A stretch of DNA of 32,000 nucleotides from Halomicronema hongdechloris C2206 (GTDB lineage Bacteria > Cyanobacteriota > Cyanobacteriia > Phormidesmidales > Phormidesmidaceae). The stretch's first letter is position 1; each line of letters starts with the position of its first letter. Positions 1 to 10,664 of this stretch are shown one piece after another. The stretch covers positions 2,190,001 through 2,222,000 of the forward strand of contig NZ_CP021983.2 in NCBI RefSeq assembly GCF_002075285.3, in the 5' to 3' direction. A model generated the notes under the pieces. That model was given only the letters and a program-made list of their open reading frames with translations, searched no databases and was not told the DNA's origin. The translations under genes were made by a program, and so were the position numbers.

Positions 1-981
1 ACCACTGCTCAGAGGGCCGCTGGCGTTATCAGAGGACCCACCTGACGGTTGAAAGGCCATGTTCTGGGAAAGGCTATCCATGTAAGGCTCTAGGTCTAGA
101 TCCCGTAAGATGGCCTCGATAGATTGATAGCGATGCCGCACTGAGATTTCCAACATCTTCGTCAGCACGCTGATAAAATGCTCGCTGGCATTGACATGCT
201 GTTGCCAAAGCAGTTCCCCGGTCTTAGGGTCGTAGTCCAAATCCTTGGGAGATTTGCCCGATAACAAATAGACACAGGTGACCCCGAGCGCGTAGATATC
301 ACTGGCATACACAGGACGCAGCGCCATTTGCTCCGGCGGGGCATAGCCGGGGGTACCAATGGCGTAGGCAGTTAGCGCCGTTTGCTCCGAGGTACTGGCC
401 TTAGTGGGATTGACTTTGTCTTTAACGGCACCAAAGTCGATCAATACTAGCTTCTTGTCTTCATCGCGGCGAATGATGTTAGCCGGTTTGATGTCTCGAT
501 GAATGACCTGATTATTATGAACATACTGAATCAGCGGTAAGATCTCGCTGAGAAACTGTTTCACCCCAGCTTCGCTGAAAGGCCCGCCCTGTTTCACTGA
601 CTGCTGTAGGGTAAAGCCGTTGATATACTCTTGGACCAGATAAAATTCTTGGTTTTTCTCGAAATAGTCGAGCAGGCGGGGCAATTGAGGATGATTGCCA
701 ATCTTGCCTAAAATCTTAGCCTCCCGCTGAAACAGATCCCGGGCCATGTCTAAGACGTGGGGAGCATCGGCAGACGGCCGCAATTGTTTAATCACGCAGG
801 GGGGACGCCCGGGTAGTTCTTCATCTCGGGCCAAGTAAGTGGCCCCAAACCCACCCCGCCCCAGGGTCCTGATGACACGATAGCGATCCCTTAACAACAG
901 ACTGGCACCACAGGCCTGACATTGATTGAGGGTAGGGGGGTTCTTGGGCTTGGGGCAGGCGGGATTGATACAATAACTCAT
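1..981 (-). CDS. Serine/threonine protein kinase, N-terminal 327 codons (3' end runs off the window start)
   Basis: Absent from the ORF track because no stop lies inside the window. The reverse-strand ATG at 981-979 opens a frame that stays open to base 1. Translation starts MSYCINPACPKPKNPPTLNQCQACG. It then shows Hanks kinase motifs: G-loop LGRGGFGATY, VIK lysine, catalytic loop HRDIKPANI, DFG (LIDFGAVK) and GTPGYAPPEQ. Confidence 0.9.
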   Translation of the reverse strand, partial: MSYCINPACPKPKNPPTLNQCQACGASLLLRDRYRVIRTLGRGGFGATYLARDEELPGRPPCVIKQLRPSADAPHVLDMARDLFQREAKILGKIGNHPQLPRLLDYFEKNQEFYLVQEYINGFTLQQSVKQGGPFSEAGVKQFLSEILPLIQYVHNNQVIHRDIKPANIIRRDEDKKLVLIDFGAVKDKVNPTKASTSEQTALTAYAIGTPGYAPPEQMALRPVYASDIYALGVTCVYLLSGKSPKDLDYDPKTGELLWQQHVNASEHFISVLTKMLEISVRHRYQSIEAILRDLDLEPYMDSLSQNMAFQPSGGSSDNASGPLSSG

Positions 982-1591
982 GCCGCTTTATCCACGGTGT
1001 CAACAGGCAATAAGGGCATTTCAGCGTCTCATAGATGTATGCTCATGTGTCTATGCTGTCGGTAGTGCACGGGTCTGTTTACAGCTTAACCACGCCAATT
1101 CAAACCTAAAACTGCTCAGCTCACGGCTAGGTCTCTGGATAGAGACACGCCGAGTGAACCCTCAGTCTAGGAAATAAGACCGCTGAGATATTGCCACCTT
1201 ACTCTAATTATTCCCTTACTCGTACGGGGACTGAACGCCCTAGGAGGACAAAAATCTGTGAAGAGTCGCTGAAGTTTGGCGATGGACAGGGCTTATCCCC
1301 GCATTTACGGGATAACTATCCTTGGAAAGTCAGCTCAACTTGCCACCGGTGGCGTTTGCGCGGAGGCCCTGTTTAGGAGGGGGGTGTTATTTTGCAGATG
1401 AGGGGTGGTATCACGCCAAATCCCCCAGGTATTGACCTGGGCTAAGGAGGGTGGCGACGGTAGAATAGATTGGCCTGATCCAGTCATGACTGCATGGCTA
1501 AATACAGCCTGCATCGGTACAGCCGGCATCGGTCAGGCTGGTGACTAGGTTAGCCTTTAGGTTTCCCATCGAACATTGCCCTTAGCTGCTG

Positions 1592-4039
1592 ATGCGCATT
1601 TCCCTGAACTGGTTAACTGAGCTGGTAGACAGCCAACTCACTCCCACGGACCTAGCCGATGCCCTGACTATGGCTGGGTTTGAAGTGGAGGACATCGAAG
1701 ATCGGCGAGCCTGGGCTGATGGGGTAATTGTGGGGCGCGTGATCGCCTGTGACCCCCATCCGGATGCGGATAAGCTGAGCGTTTGCCAGGTCGATACGGG
1801 GGCCGAGGCGCCGGTATCCATTGTCTGTGGTGCTACCAATGTGCGTGCTGGCGTTTATGTCCCTGTAGCCACCGTGGGCACTTATTTGCCGGTGGTTGAT
1901 TTGACGATCAAGGCTCGTAAATTGCGGGGAGTCCCGTCGGCAGGCATGATTTGTTCTTTGGCAGAACTAGGACTGGAAAAGGAGGCGGAAGGAATTCACA
2001 TTTTCCAGCAGTCGGAGCTAACTGTCGGCGAAGATGCACGACCTTGGTTGGGGCTAGATGATGTCATTTTAGAGCTAACCTCGACGGCGAATCGGGCCGA
2101 TGCCCTGAGTATGGTTGGCATTGCCCGGGAAATAGCTGCGATCGCACAGGTCCCCCTACGCCTACCCACCCCCTCATCCCCATCGCTGGATAATGGGCCC
2201 CAGTCCTTACAGATCGAGCTGCCGGATGCTAAGGCATGCCCCATCTATATCGGCACCGTACTGGAGAACTTGCAGGTGGGGCCTTCTCCTGCCTGGCTAC
2301 AGCAGCGATTGCAGGCGGCAGGCACTCGCCCCATTAACAATGTGGTCGATATCACCAACTATGTGTTGTTGGAATGGGGACAGCCCCTGCATGCCTTTGA
2401 TCGGGACCGACTGCAAGCGGTAGCTGCAGGCACTGGCCTCAGCCTAGGGGTACGCTACGCCAAGGCGGATGAGTCGCTGCAGACCCTAGATGGGCAGATG
2501 CGATCGCTGTCGCCAGATACCCTCTTGATCACGGCTAATGATCAGCCCGTGGCCTTGGCTGGAGTCATGGGAGGAGAGGCTACTGAGGTTAACCAGACAA
2601 CCGCGGCCGTTATGTTGGAAGCCGCCTATTTTGATGCGGCTGCCATTCGCCGCTCAGCCCGTAGCCAGGGGCTCCGCACCGAAGCGTCGGCCCGCTACGA
2701 GCGTGGGGTGAACCCGGCTGAATTGACCCTGGCCTGCAACCGAGCCTTGCAACTCCTACAGGACTTGGCTGGGGCGAATCCCGTCAGCCAGACCATCGGC
2801 CGTACTGCCAGTGGTGATATCGTTCCCAGTCGCACCCTAGAACTACGATTGGACCGGGTACATCAGATATTGGGACCCGTCACTAACATCACCCCCGGGG
2901 CAGCCTGTCCCCTGCCAGAACAGCAGATCCAACAAATTTTAGCTCGGTTAGGGTGTCAGGTGGGGCCCACGGAGCAAGACCGAGTCTGGACGGTCACGGT
3001 GCCTGCCTACCGCTATCGAGATCTGGAGCGGGAAATTGATTTGATCGAAGAAGTCGCTCGACTCTATGGCTATAATCACTTCGCCGATACCCTGCCCCAG
3101 GAAGCCAGTGGGGGTGGACTCTCGGCTGAGGCTGTTCTGGCCCAATCGTTACGGGCCGCATTGCGGGCTGCCGGTTTGACCGAGCTCATGCACTACTCCC
3201 TGACCAAGCCAGAATCTCCGCAACAGGTCCTGCTGGCCAACCCCCTCTTTGCTGAATATTCGGCCCTGCGCCCGAATCTGATCGATGGGCTCATCGATGC
3301 CTTTCAGTTCAACCTCGAGCAGGGTAATGGTCCCCTCAACGGATTTGAGATAGGTCGGGTGTTCTGGCGAGACGACACCCAGGTGCGTGAGGCTCAACAG
3401 GTCAGTGGCATCATCGGCGGCGATCCCCGGCAGGGGCGTTGGACTACGGGGGGACGGGAGCAACCCCTCTCTTGGTATGAGGCTAAAGGCTTATTAGAAT
3501 CGGTGTTTCAGCGACTCGATCTCCAGGTTGATTACCGTCGCGATCATCAGGATTCACGACTGCATCCGGGCCGCACGGCCAGTCTTTGGGTGCGGGGGCA
3601 GCAGCGGTTAGGTACTTTCGGTCAATTGCATCCCCAATTGCGGCAGCGGCGGGAATTGCCAGCATCGGTCTATGTCTTTCAGTTGGACTGGCAGCTGCTG
3701 GTCACCTGTTTGGCCACCGAGCGGCGCCAGGCTAGGACATTTAAGCCCTATAGCGCTTTCCCAGCGTCAGATCGCGATATTGCCTTCTTTGCTCCGGTGG
3801 AGGTACCCGTGGCTGATTTACAGCGACTCATGAGTAAAACCGGCGGTCCGCTACTGGAGTCGGTTACCCTATTTGATGAATATCGTGGAGAGAATGTGCC
3901 TGCAGGGCAGCGGAGTCTGGCTTTTCGCTTAGTCTATCGGGCCCTAGATCGGACGCTGACCGAAGACGACATTGAGCCCATCCATCAGAACGTCCGAGAT
4001 GTTCTGGAGCAGCAATTCCAGGTGAGTTTACGCAGTTAA
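1592..4039 (+). CDS. pheT: Phenylalanine--tRNA ligase beta subunit
   Basis: 815-aa ORF with the typical PheT N-terminus ([12 protein letters not shown]...) and tRNA-binding region. It has the B3/4-B5 core and a C-terminal anticodon-binding-like end ([21 protein letters not shown]). The length is right for the bacterial beta subunit. Confidence 0.95.
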   Translation: MRISLNWLTELVDSQLTPTDLADALTMAGFEVEDIEDRRAWADGVIVGRVIACDPHPDADKLSVCQVDTGAEAPVSIVCGATNVRAGVYVPVATVGTYLPVVDLTIKARKLRGVPSAGMICSLAELGLEKEAEGIHIFQQSELTVGEDARPWLGLDDVILELTSTANRADALSMVGIAREIAAIAQVPLRLPTPSSPSLDNGPQSLQIELPDAKACPIYIGTVLENLQVGPSPAWLQQRLQAAGTRPINNVVDITNYVLLEWGQPLHAFDRDRLQAVAAGTGLSLGVRYAKADESLQTLDGQMRSLSPDTLLITANDQPVALAGVMGGEATEVNQTTAAVMLEAAYFDAAAIRRSARSQGLRTEASARYERGVNPAELTLACNRALQLLQDLAGANPVSQTIGRTASGDIVPSRTLELRLDRVHQILGPVTNITPGAACPLPEQQIQQILARLGCQVGPTEQDRVWTVTVPAYRYRDLEREIDLIEEVARLYGYNHFADTLPQEASGGGLSAEAVLAQSLRAALRAAGLTELMHYSLTKPESPQQVLLANPLFAEYSALRPNLIDGLIDAFQFNLEQGNGPLNGFEIGRVFWRDDTQVREAQQVSGIIGGDPRQGRWTTGGREQPLSWYEAKGLLESVFQRLDLQVDYRRDHQDSRLHPGRTASLWVRGQQRLGTFGQLHPQLRQRRELPASVYVFQLDWQLLVTCLATERRQARTFKPYSAFPASDRDIAFFAPVEVPVADLQRLMSKTGGPLLESVTLFDEYRGENVPAGQRSLAFRLVYRALDRTLTEDDIEPIHQNVRDVLEQQFQVSLRS

Positions 4040-4072
4040 GCTGCACTCTATGCCGCACTTTTCCCAGATGTC

Positions 4073-5299
4073 ATGGCTGGCGATCGCATCTTAGTTCTCA
4101 ATGCCGGTTCGAGCAGCTGTAAGGGGGCGCTTTACCAGGTGCCATCTCCGTCTGCAGCTGTGGTTCCCGAGCCTCTCTGGCGAGGACAGTTGAGTTGGGG
4201 GCGCCAGGGGAACCAGGCCGATCTGGCTGTAACTACTCAGCAAGGAACGACTCTGAAACGTACCCTGGCCGTGGCTCAGCCTTTAGAGCACTTGGAGGAG
4301 TTATTGGTAACTCTGTGGCAAGGGGAAACCCAAGTGATTGATAGCCCCGATGATATTGCTGCAGTCGGCCATCGAGTTGTCCATGGTGGTCAGCACTACT
4401 GCCAGAGTGTTCCCGTTACCGCTGAGGTAAAACAGATCATTGCCGAACTCGCGCCTTTGGCGCCGACCCACAATCCGGCTAATCTGCGGGGCATTGAGAT
4501 TTTAGAAACCTTGCTAACCAATTGCCCCCAGGTGGCTGTGTTCGATACGGCTTTTCACACTCAGATGCCAGCGGCGGCGGCCTACTACCCCGGTCCCTAT
4601 GAGTGGGCTGCCAAAGGGTTGCGTCGCTATGGGTTCCATGGCATCAGCCACCAGTATGTGGCCCATCGGGCGGCTCAATTGCTGGAACGGGACCTAGATG
4701 ACTTGCGACTGATCACTTGCCACTTGGGTAATGGCTGTTCCTTAGCAGCGGTGCACCGTGGCCATAGCGTCAATACCACCATGGGCTTCACTCCCCTGGA
4801 AGGCTTAATGATGGGTAGCCGTTCGGGTAGCCTCGATCCAGGGTTGCTGATTTACTTACTGCGGCAGGAGGGCTATACAGCTGATCAGGTCGATCAGGTC
4901 CTGAATCGACAGTCGGGGTTGCTAGGGATTTCGGGCCTCTCTAGTGATCTACGTACCCTGCAGGAGGCCATGGCCCAGGGCCACGGGCGCGCCCAGCTAG
5001 CCTTCGACATGTTTATTCATCGACTGCAGACCCATATTGGCGCCATGCTAGCCAGCTTAGGCGGCCTGGATGGTTTAGTCTTTACGGCTGGCATTGGGGA
5101 ACATAGTCCAGTGGTGTGGCGACGTACCTGCGAGGCCTTGCAATTCCTCAATGTTGTACTGGAAGCCGACTTGACCCCTGGGGATGAAGACATGGCGATT
5201 CAGGCTCCTGGTTCTGCTGTGCCGGTGTTGGTTATCCATACCCAGGAAGAATGGGCCATCGCTCGAGAATGTGTGACGGTCTTGGCGACCATGGCATGA
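4073..5299 (+). CDS. ackA: Acetate kinase
   Basis: 408-aa ORF with ILVLNAGSSSCK near the N-terminus. Also carries HRVVHGG, FDTAFH, GFHGISH and TAGIGEHS motifs characteristic of the acetate/propionate kinase family. Confidence 0.93.
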   Translation: MAGDRILVLNAGSSSCKGALYQVPSPSAAVVPEPLWRGQLSWGRQGNQADLAVTTQQGTTLKRTLAVAQPLEHLEELLVTLWQGETQVIDSPDDIAAVGHRVVHGGQHYCQSVPVTAEVKQIIAELAPLAPTHNPANLRGIEILETLLTNCPQVAVFDTAFHTQMPAAAAYYPGPYEWAAKGLRRYGFHGISHQYVAHRAAQLLERDLDDLRLITCHLGNGCSLAAVHRGHSVNTTMGFTPLEGLMMGSRSGSLDPGLLIYLLRQEGYTADQVDQVLNRQSGLLGISGLSSDLRTLQEAMAQGHGRAQLAFDMFIHRLQTHIGAMLASLGGLDGLVFTAGIGEHSPVVWRRTCEALQFLNVVLEADLTPGDEDMAIQAPGSAVPVLVIHTQEEWAIARECVTVLATMA

Positions 5300-5403
5300 C
5301 GTAGTGAGAGGTAGAGGGTAGAGAGTAAAAGGATAAATTGAACCCTGACTACACCAGGATCTCAGTCATCCAAGCTGTCCTAACCCACTACACCTTTGCC
5401 TCC

Positions 5404-5429
5404 CCTACTTCTTTGGTCCTACTTCTTTG
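5404..5429. repeat. Direct repeat CCTACTTCTTTG x2 (2-bp spacer) in the convergent ackA/rluD spacer
   Basis: Read directly: copies at 5404-5415 and 5418-5429 are identical. Confidence 0.9.
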
Positions 5430-5436
5430 CTCTGAG

Positions 5437-6333
5437 TCAATGCGGCGTGAGTCGAAAGGGGGATTGGCCACACCGTTGGGCTAGCACTGCCAACAAGGTT
5501 TGAAAGTGCTCCGGTAAGGGTGCGATCGCAACCACCAGTTCCTCTGACACTGGGTGACGCAGTGCCAATCGCACCGCATGGAGAGCCTGGCCTGGCAGAT
5601 TTACCCCCACCGATCGCCGGGGACCGTACACCGTATCCCCGACAAGGGGATGGCCCCTGGCGGCACTATGGACCCGAATTTGATGGGTACGGCCAGTGTC
5701 TAAGCGAAATCGCACCAGCGTAAAGTTGCCCAGGCGCTGCTCAGTTTGCCAATGGGTGACGGCCTCTCGGCCGCCCTGCTCCTGTGCCACAATAGCCTGT
5801 TTCTTGCGATCGATGGGATGGCGGCCAATGGGAGCATCGATGGAGCCCCACTCTTCCTCAAACGTCCCGTAAATCACCCCCAAATACTCCCGGCGAGCTG
5901 TCTTCGCCTTGAGTTGAGCTTGCAGTTGCCAATGGGCCAATTCGGTCTTGGCTACCACCATGGCGCCAGTCGTATCTTTATCCAACCGGTGGACGATGCC
6001 GGGCCGCTGCACCCCACCAATGCCCAGCAGGCTCTCACCACAATGGGCCAGGACAGCATTCACCAGGGTACCGCTGCTGTGGCCTGGCGCCGGATGCACC
6101 ACCATACCAGCTGGTTTATTCACAATCAGCAAGTGCTCATCTTCGTAGAGAATCTCTAATGGAATGGGCTCAGGTGCTAGCTTTAAAGGCTGTGTCGGCG
6201 GAATCGTCAACTGCACCACATCCCCCAGATGCACCATCGCATTCTTATCAGTGCAGAGGCGGTGGTTAACGGCCACCCAATGGCCATCAATGAGTTTCTG
6301 AATGCGACTACGGGACAGATCCGGCACTTGCAC
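5437..6333 (-). CDS. rluD: RluA-family 23S rRNA pseudouridine synthase (RluD-like); true start probably lies upstream of the GTG at 6333
   Basis: Catalytic motif HRLDKDTTG and GRTHQIRVH are present, with an S4-like N-terminus. The track start is GTG. The same frame stays open upstream to 6429 and encodes TIELVVEATPPQRLDRWLA, which looks like the conserved start of the S4 domain. Confidence 0.88.
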   Translation of the reverse strand: MQVPDLSRSRIQKLIDGHWVAVNHRLCTDKNAMVHLGDVVQLTIPPTQPLKLAPEPIPLEILYEDEHLLIVNKPAGMVVHPAPGHSSGTLVNAVLAHCGESLLGIGGVQRPGIVHRLDKDTTGAMVVAKTELAHWQLQAQLKAKTARREYLGVIYGTFEEEWGSIDAPIGRHPIDRKKQAIVAQEQGGREAVTHWQTEQRLGNFTLVRFRLDTGRTHQIRVHSAARGHPLVGDTVYGPRRSVGVNLPGQALHAVRLALRHPVSEELVVAIAPLPEHFQTLLAVLAQRCGQSPFRLTPH

Positions 6334-6424
6334 CGCTAACCAACGGTCGAGCCGCTGGGGCGGAGTTGCCTCGACAACCAGTTCAATCGTATGGTCGGCA
6401 ATCGTAGGGACGCTGAACGCAGTG

Positions 6425-7429
6425 TTAGATCATCGTATCACTGGCCTGGGTATAGACTCTCTCCCCGGATCGCCAGGTCTTCAGGAGAGTGACTGCGGCA
6501 TCTAAAAAGCCGAGACCGTAGAAAATGGCGCGGCTGATGATCTTGATGGGAGAACCACTCTTGTTGCAAGGGGGATGACCTAGCACATGGCAATCAAACA
6601 GCCGGGCAAATAATCGCAGCGCCTGGAGCAGCGTCAGGTTTTTCAAGGCCATCAAGAAATGGTTGTGATAGAAAGTGACCTGGTATTTCAGCGAGCGAGT
6701 ACTGATATCATGGCAACCTCCGGTTTCTTCCCCCAGATGGACCAAGTGGGCAGTAGGGTCGTACCAGACAATCAACCCCGTTTGCCGTAGACGCAGACAA
6801 AAGTCTGACTCTTCCCGCACAGCATTGCCGCGAAACCGCTCATCAAACCAAAGGCCGAACTTATCGAAGACGTCACGCCTAAAGGACATATTGCAGCCGC
6901 GAGCCGTTAACACCTGCTGGGGTTTTACGGTATGCACCAAGTCAATGTAATACCAGGCAATACCTGGATCCATTGCCTGCGGTGGTAAGGTCTCAATGGC
7001 TAAATCGGGTCGTGAATTGGCCAATTTCATCCGGTCGAATACTCGCCCAGCCACGGCTCCGATTTCGGGACGGCTGGCATAGTTTCGGGCGTGGGCCTGA
7101 AGATAGCCTGGGGGTAACTCCACATCGTCATCGATGAACAGAATAATCTCTCCCCGGCAGCGAGCCACACCATAGTTGCGAGCTGCAGGCAGACTAGCCC
7201 AATCGACTCGATATAGCGCAATGGTCCCCTCATCCGCCCAACGATTAAGGACTGCTTCGGTCTCCGGGTGATGCTGGCCGCTCTGATCGACCACGATCAC
7301 CTCGAAGTCGGGGTAATCTTGGCGCAGCAAGCTCTCGAGGCTAGAGATGAGCACTCGCTCACGCTGGTAGGTGGGAATAATGACGGAGATAGCAGGGCAG
7401 GACACGGCGATTATTCCTTGCAGAGTCAA
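6425..7429 (-). CDS. Family 2 glycosyltransferase
   Basis: 334-aa ORF with ISVIIPTYQRERVL near the N-terminus and a DxD motif (FIDDDVELP), typical of the GT2 fold. The track start is TTG at 7429. A GTG at 7405 (giving MSCPAISVIIPTY) is an equally plausible start. Confidence 0.85.
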   Translation of the reverse strand: MTLQGIIAVSCPAISVIIPTYQRERVLISSLESLLRQDYPDFEVIVVDQSGQHHPETEAVLNRWADEGTIALYRVDWASLPAARNYGVARCRGEIILFIDDDVELPPGYLQAHARNYASRPEIGAVAGRVFDRMKLANSRPDLAIETLPPQAMDPGIAWYYIDLVHTVKPQQVLTARGCNMSFRRDVFDKFGLWFDERFRGNAVREESDFCLRLRQTGLIVWYDPTAHLVHLGEETGGCHDISTRSLKYQVTFYHNHFLMALKNLTLLQALRLFARLFDCHVLGHPPCNKSGSPIKIISRAIFYGLGFLDAAVTLLKTWRSGERVYTQASDTMI

Positions 7430-7470
7430 CCAACGGCATTGAGGCAGCAGTTTGATACACAGGTTCTTGG

Positions 7471-9213
7471 TTATCCAAAGTCGCCGGCGGTCACTTGGGC
7501 CTGCAACTGCTTCAATTCTCGGGGAGATAATTTTCGTTTCTGGGCCAGGGCTTCTAATCGTTGTCGAATTCGCTCTTGCTTGTCGATCTCAGGTAATTTC
7601 AGGGTAATACCAGCCGCTAACCAGTAATAGACATTCACGGGGTCGACATCGAGGGGATAGTAATAGGGAAAGTAGCTGATGAAGAGTACGAATACCCACA
7701 TGGAGGCAGCATAGCCTCGCAGATTAGGATCCTTGATCGAGCGATAGGCTTTGAAGGTGGCTATGGTCAAGACAGTGTACAGGCCTAACACCGCCAGGAT
7801 ACCTAAGGGGCCAATTTCAAATAGCAGCTTGGAATGATAGGTTTCAATCAAGCTGGTCTCACCAAAGATACGAGCGGCATTGGTGCCACGGCCTAAGCCC
7901 CTGCCTAGAATGCCCTCTTGGTTTTCCATGGCCCATTGCAATTGCTGCATCACAAATTCATGGGGCGGCGAGGCTTCCCAGCGAGCTTGGAAACTGGCAA
8001 TTCGTTCATTTACGATGGCGGGGTTGCGAATCATCAACACCGTGAGAATGAAACCCAGGCCAATTCCCACGGGAATAAATCGCTTTAAGTTGGCCACTTG
8101 TCCGGTCAAGATTAAGAGGCCAACCACCGTTATCGGGACCATGATCAAGGCGATCCGTTGCCCTGATACAACGGCCAGCACGGCCACCGATACCAGAGAA
8201 ATCAAGCCAATCAGGCGCCAGAATGGAGAGCGATCGCTGAAGGCGGTGCCAAAGCCGAAAAACCCACTGGAAATCAAGAACCATCCCCACTGCCAGGGAG
8301 CCACAAAGGTGCCAGGCAGTCGAATTTGCCCATGCTCTGGGGAGTAAAGCAATGAGCCCCCAACAAAGCAACGGGCATCGAGGGAGGCCTTAAAGAGTTG
8401 CTCACCTGTGCCGGTAGTACCTTGGCATTGACCGGTTTTCAGCATTAAATACTGAAGCAGCCCCAAGGCACAGCAAGCAATCACCAAGACCACTTGAACC
8501 CGTAATAGAAAGTAGAGGTCCTCGCGATTGCGAATCAGATAGTAAATACAGGGAATCAATGGCAGATAACCTAGCAGAATTTTGAGTCCCAGAATCCCCA
8601 TTAGAATGGGTTTCTCACTGCCTCCAGAGGCCAGCTGCTGGGGACCGTTAACAAACAGCAGGGTCATTACCGAGATGGTTAACAGGATGGCTAGGGGCGC
8701 CTTAATGGAATTGGGAAGAATAAAGGGTTGCCGCTTGCGCTGACAGAACTGAAATACGCCGATTAACGCTGGTATGTAGATGGCATCCTTGGCTAACTGC
8801 AGAATGCTACTGCCGCCCAGGGCATAGGTAACGGTGCCGCTGAAAGGCAGATAAATGATAAAGGCGAAGATTGCCTGGCGGGGATATTTGAATGATAGGG
8901 TCAAGCAGAGTAGAGCGACTAGGGCGCCTACCCCGAGCTTGGGTTCTAGGAAGATACCGACTAGCAGGGCCACTAACCCTGAAAAGATAATAGCCCCGAC
9001 GGTGTATTGAATCAGGGCACGCTTGGCCTTAGCAGCGGCTCTGTCTCGAGCCTGGGCTTCCCGCTTAGACAGGGGCTGTGGCCCTAGCTCTTCTGGGGTA
9101 TCACTGGCGGTTGGCGCCGGGGCTGACGCTTGGGAGTCACGGCGTCCTCGGACGCGTCTGACCTTGCTCCGGGAAGGGTGCGATCGCATCTGAAACTTGC
9201 GGGTCCTAACCAT
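7471..9213 (-). CDS. Polytopic membrane protein, O-antigen ligase / Wzy-like family (function tentative)
   Basis: 580-aa ORF with an ATG start, a basic Pro-rich N-terminal tail and about 10 or more hydrophobic helices. It has a large loop and a charged coiled-coil-like C-terminus. It sits directly upstream of a GT2 gene on the same strand. The family assignment rests on topology and context only. Confidence 0.65.
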   Translation of the reverse strand: MVRTRKFQMRSHPSRSKVRRVRGRRDSQASAPAPTASDTPEELGPQPLSKREAQARDRAAAKAKRALIQYTVGAIIFSGLVALLVGIFLEPKLGVGALVALLCLTLSFKYPRQAIFAFIIYLPFSGTVTYALGGSSILQLAKDAIYIPALIGVFQFCQRKRQPFILPNSIKAPLAILLTISVMTLLFVNGPQQLASGGSEKPILMGILGLKILLGYLPLIPCIYYLIRNREDLYFLLRVQVVLVIACCALGLLQYLMLKTGQCQGTTGTGEQLFKASLDARCFVGGSLLYSPEHGQIRLPGTFVAPWQWGWFLISSGFFGFGTAFSDRSPFWRLIGLISLVSVAVLAVVSGQRIALIMVPITVVGLLILTGQVANLKRFIPVGIGLGFILTVLMIRNPAIVNERIASFQARWEASPPHEFVMQQLQWAMENQEGILGRGLGRGTNAARIFGETSLIETYHSKLLFEIGPLGILAVLGLYTVLTIATFKAYRSIKDPNLRGYAASMWVFVLFISYFPYYYPLDVDPVNVYYWLAAGITLKLPEIDKQERIRQRLEALAQKRKLSPRELKQLQAQVTAGDFG

Positions 9214-9392
9214 GGTTCCCTATCGGTTGCCTGTTGCCACTTTACTCAATGCCTAGATCCTTAGCTTAATCTTGAGGGCTTCCCTACCCTAGCTAGGTCT
9301 AATCTTCGTACAGGATGCCCAAATATTTGCCAATCTTTCATACCCTGGCGAGACAGCTAGGGCTACCTACGCAGTTTTACTGGTGTCTTGCC

Positions 9393-10664
9393 TCAACGGC
9401 CCAAGCGATTCGGGATGGCATGGCAACCACCAGGAATGGTGGTGCGGCTTTTCTCGCCAGCCCAGGCGCAACAGTAATGACGCTGCTCCTCCGACAGGCG
9501 CCGCACCCTGGTAAAGTCAACTCCCTCAACCACGGCCCCGGTGTAGGCACCTGTGATGTAATCTGGCAGTTCGTTGCGACTGCGAGGGGAAGCCTGGTCT
9601 ACCGCTCCCCAGAAAAATCGAGTGCCCATCACATCGGCTGCGGCTAGGGTAGCTTGGTAGAGAACAGTCCGGGTCAAATTGGCTTTGACCAGATCACAGT
9701 CGGCTAAATTAGTGCGTACCAGGTTGGCATCACTGAGATCGCTCCAGCGTAAATCTGTCTTAGCGAGATCGCTGCTGGCTAGCATCGCTCCCAGATCAAT
9801 GACCCGGATGCCGTGTTGCCAGTCTTCCTCATAGCCCCCCATGCCATCTAGAATCGGCCGCCCCAGGCGCCTATCCCGCCGCAGGGGGGTGAGTAGCTTG
9901 GACTGAGAGAGAAACCGAATCACCTTGGCCTTACCCGTGGCATCAACGCTACTGAGGATGGCGGCCGTCCTCGCTTCGGCAATGATGCGCTCCTGAGGCC
10001 AATCCTCTAAAAGGCCCTCATCATCGAGAACTAGCTCTGAAATGCCCTGGAAGAAGGCATCAATGGTCTGCTGTTGGGTAATGCGGTTTTGCTGGGTGGT
10101 TAAGTCGCGGGAAATGATGTACTGCCGCCAGGCAACATAAACTGCCAGCAGGGCAATTAAGATTTGGCCAAAGGCCCCCACAAAGTCGCCAAGGGCCCCC
10201 ACGACATCCCAGCGGATAGTACGTCCCCAGGCCAGGAGTTGGCGATTCAGGCCGAGACTGTGCATCAAACCCAACAGTCCCAGCAGACCTCCAGGCAGGG
10301 CAATTAGCATAGTTTGTTGCTGGCTAGATAGATCCGCTAGAAAAGACAGCAACAAGGGCAATAGCAGCCGCAGGGAACTCCCCAATGCCACCCATGAGCC
10401 GAGCAGCACGAGCCAATTACTCTGAGTCATGAGGCCAAACCCCAAAGCGGCCAATGCTAAGAGCAGGATTGCAGTTGACGATAGGGGCGGCAGTGGCAGC
10501 ACCGCAGGCTCGACGGTGGTGTCTGCAGGGGGCGCAGTACTCGTTGCCGAGGTAGTCTCATCGATGGCGTCAGGGATCGGGGTTGGGGGGATGTTTTCCC
10601 CAGACGTCGTCGCAGCAGTCTCTTGAGACGACGAGGAAGGCTCAGGAAATGACGGTGGCGTCAT
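9393..10664 (-). CDS. Membrane protein with C-terminal pentapeptide repeats
   Basis: 423-aa ORF with a Pro/Ser/Thr-rich N-terminus followed by several TM helices. The C-terminal region contains a pentapeptide-repeat run: DLAKTDLRWSDLSDANLVRTNLADCDLVKANLTRTVLYQATLAAADV. Confidence 0.85.
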   Translation of the reverse strand: MTPPSFPEPSSSSQETAATTSGENIPPTPIPDAIDETTSATSTAPPADTTVEPAVLPLPPLSSTAILLLALAALGFGLMTQSNWLVLLGSWVALGSSLRLLLPLLLSFLADLSSQQQTMLIALPGGLLGLLGLMHSLGLNRQLLAWGRTIRWDVVGALGDFVGAFGQILIALLAVYVAWRQYIISRDLTTQQNRITQQQTIDAFFQGISELVLDDEGLLEDWPQERIIAEARTAAILSSVDATGKAKVIRFLSQSKLLTPLRRDRRLGRPILDGMGGYEEDWQHGIRVIDLGAMLASSDLAKTDLRWSDLSDANLVRTNLADCDLVKANLTRTVLYQATLAAADVMGTRFFWGAVDQASPRSRNELPDYITGAYTGAVVEGVDFTRVRRLSEEQRHYCCAWAGEKSRTTIPGGCHAIPNRLGR

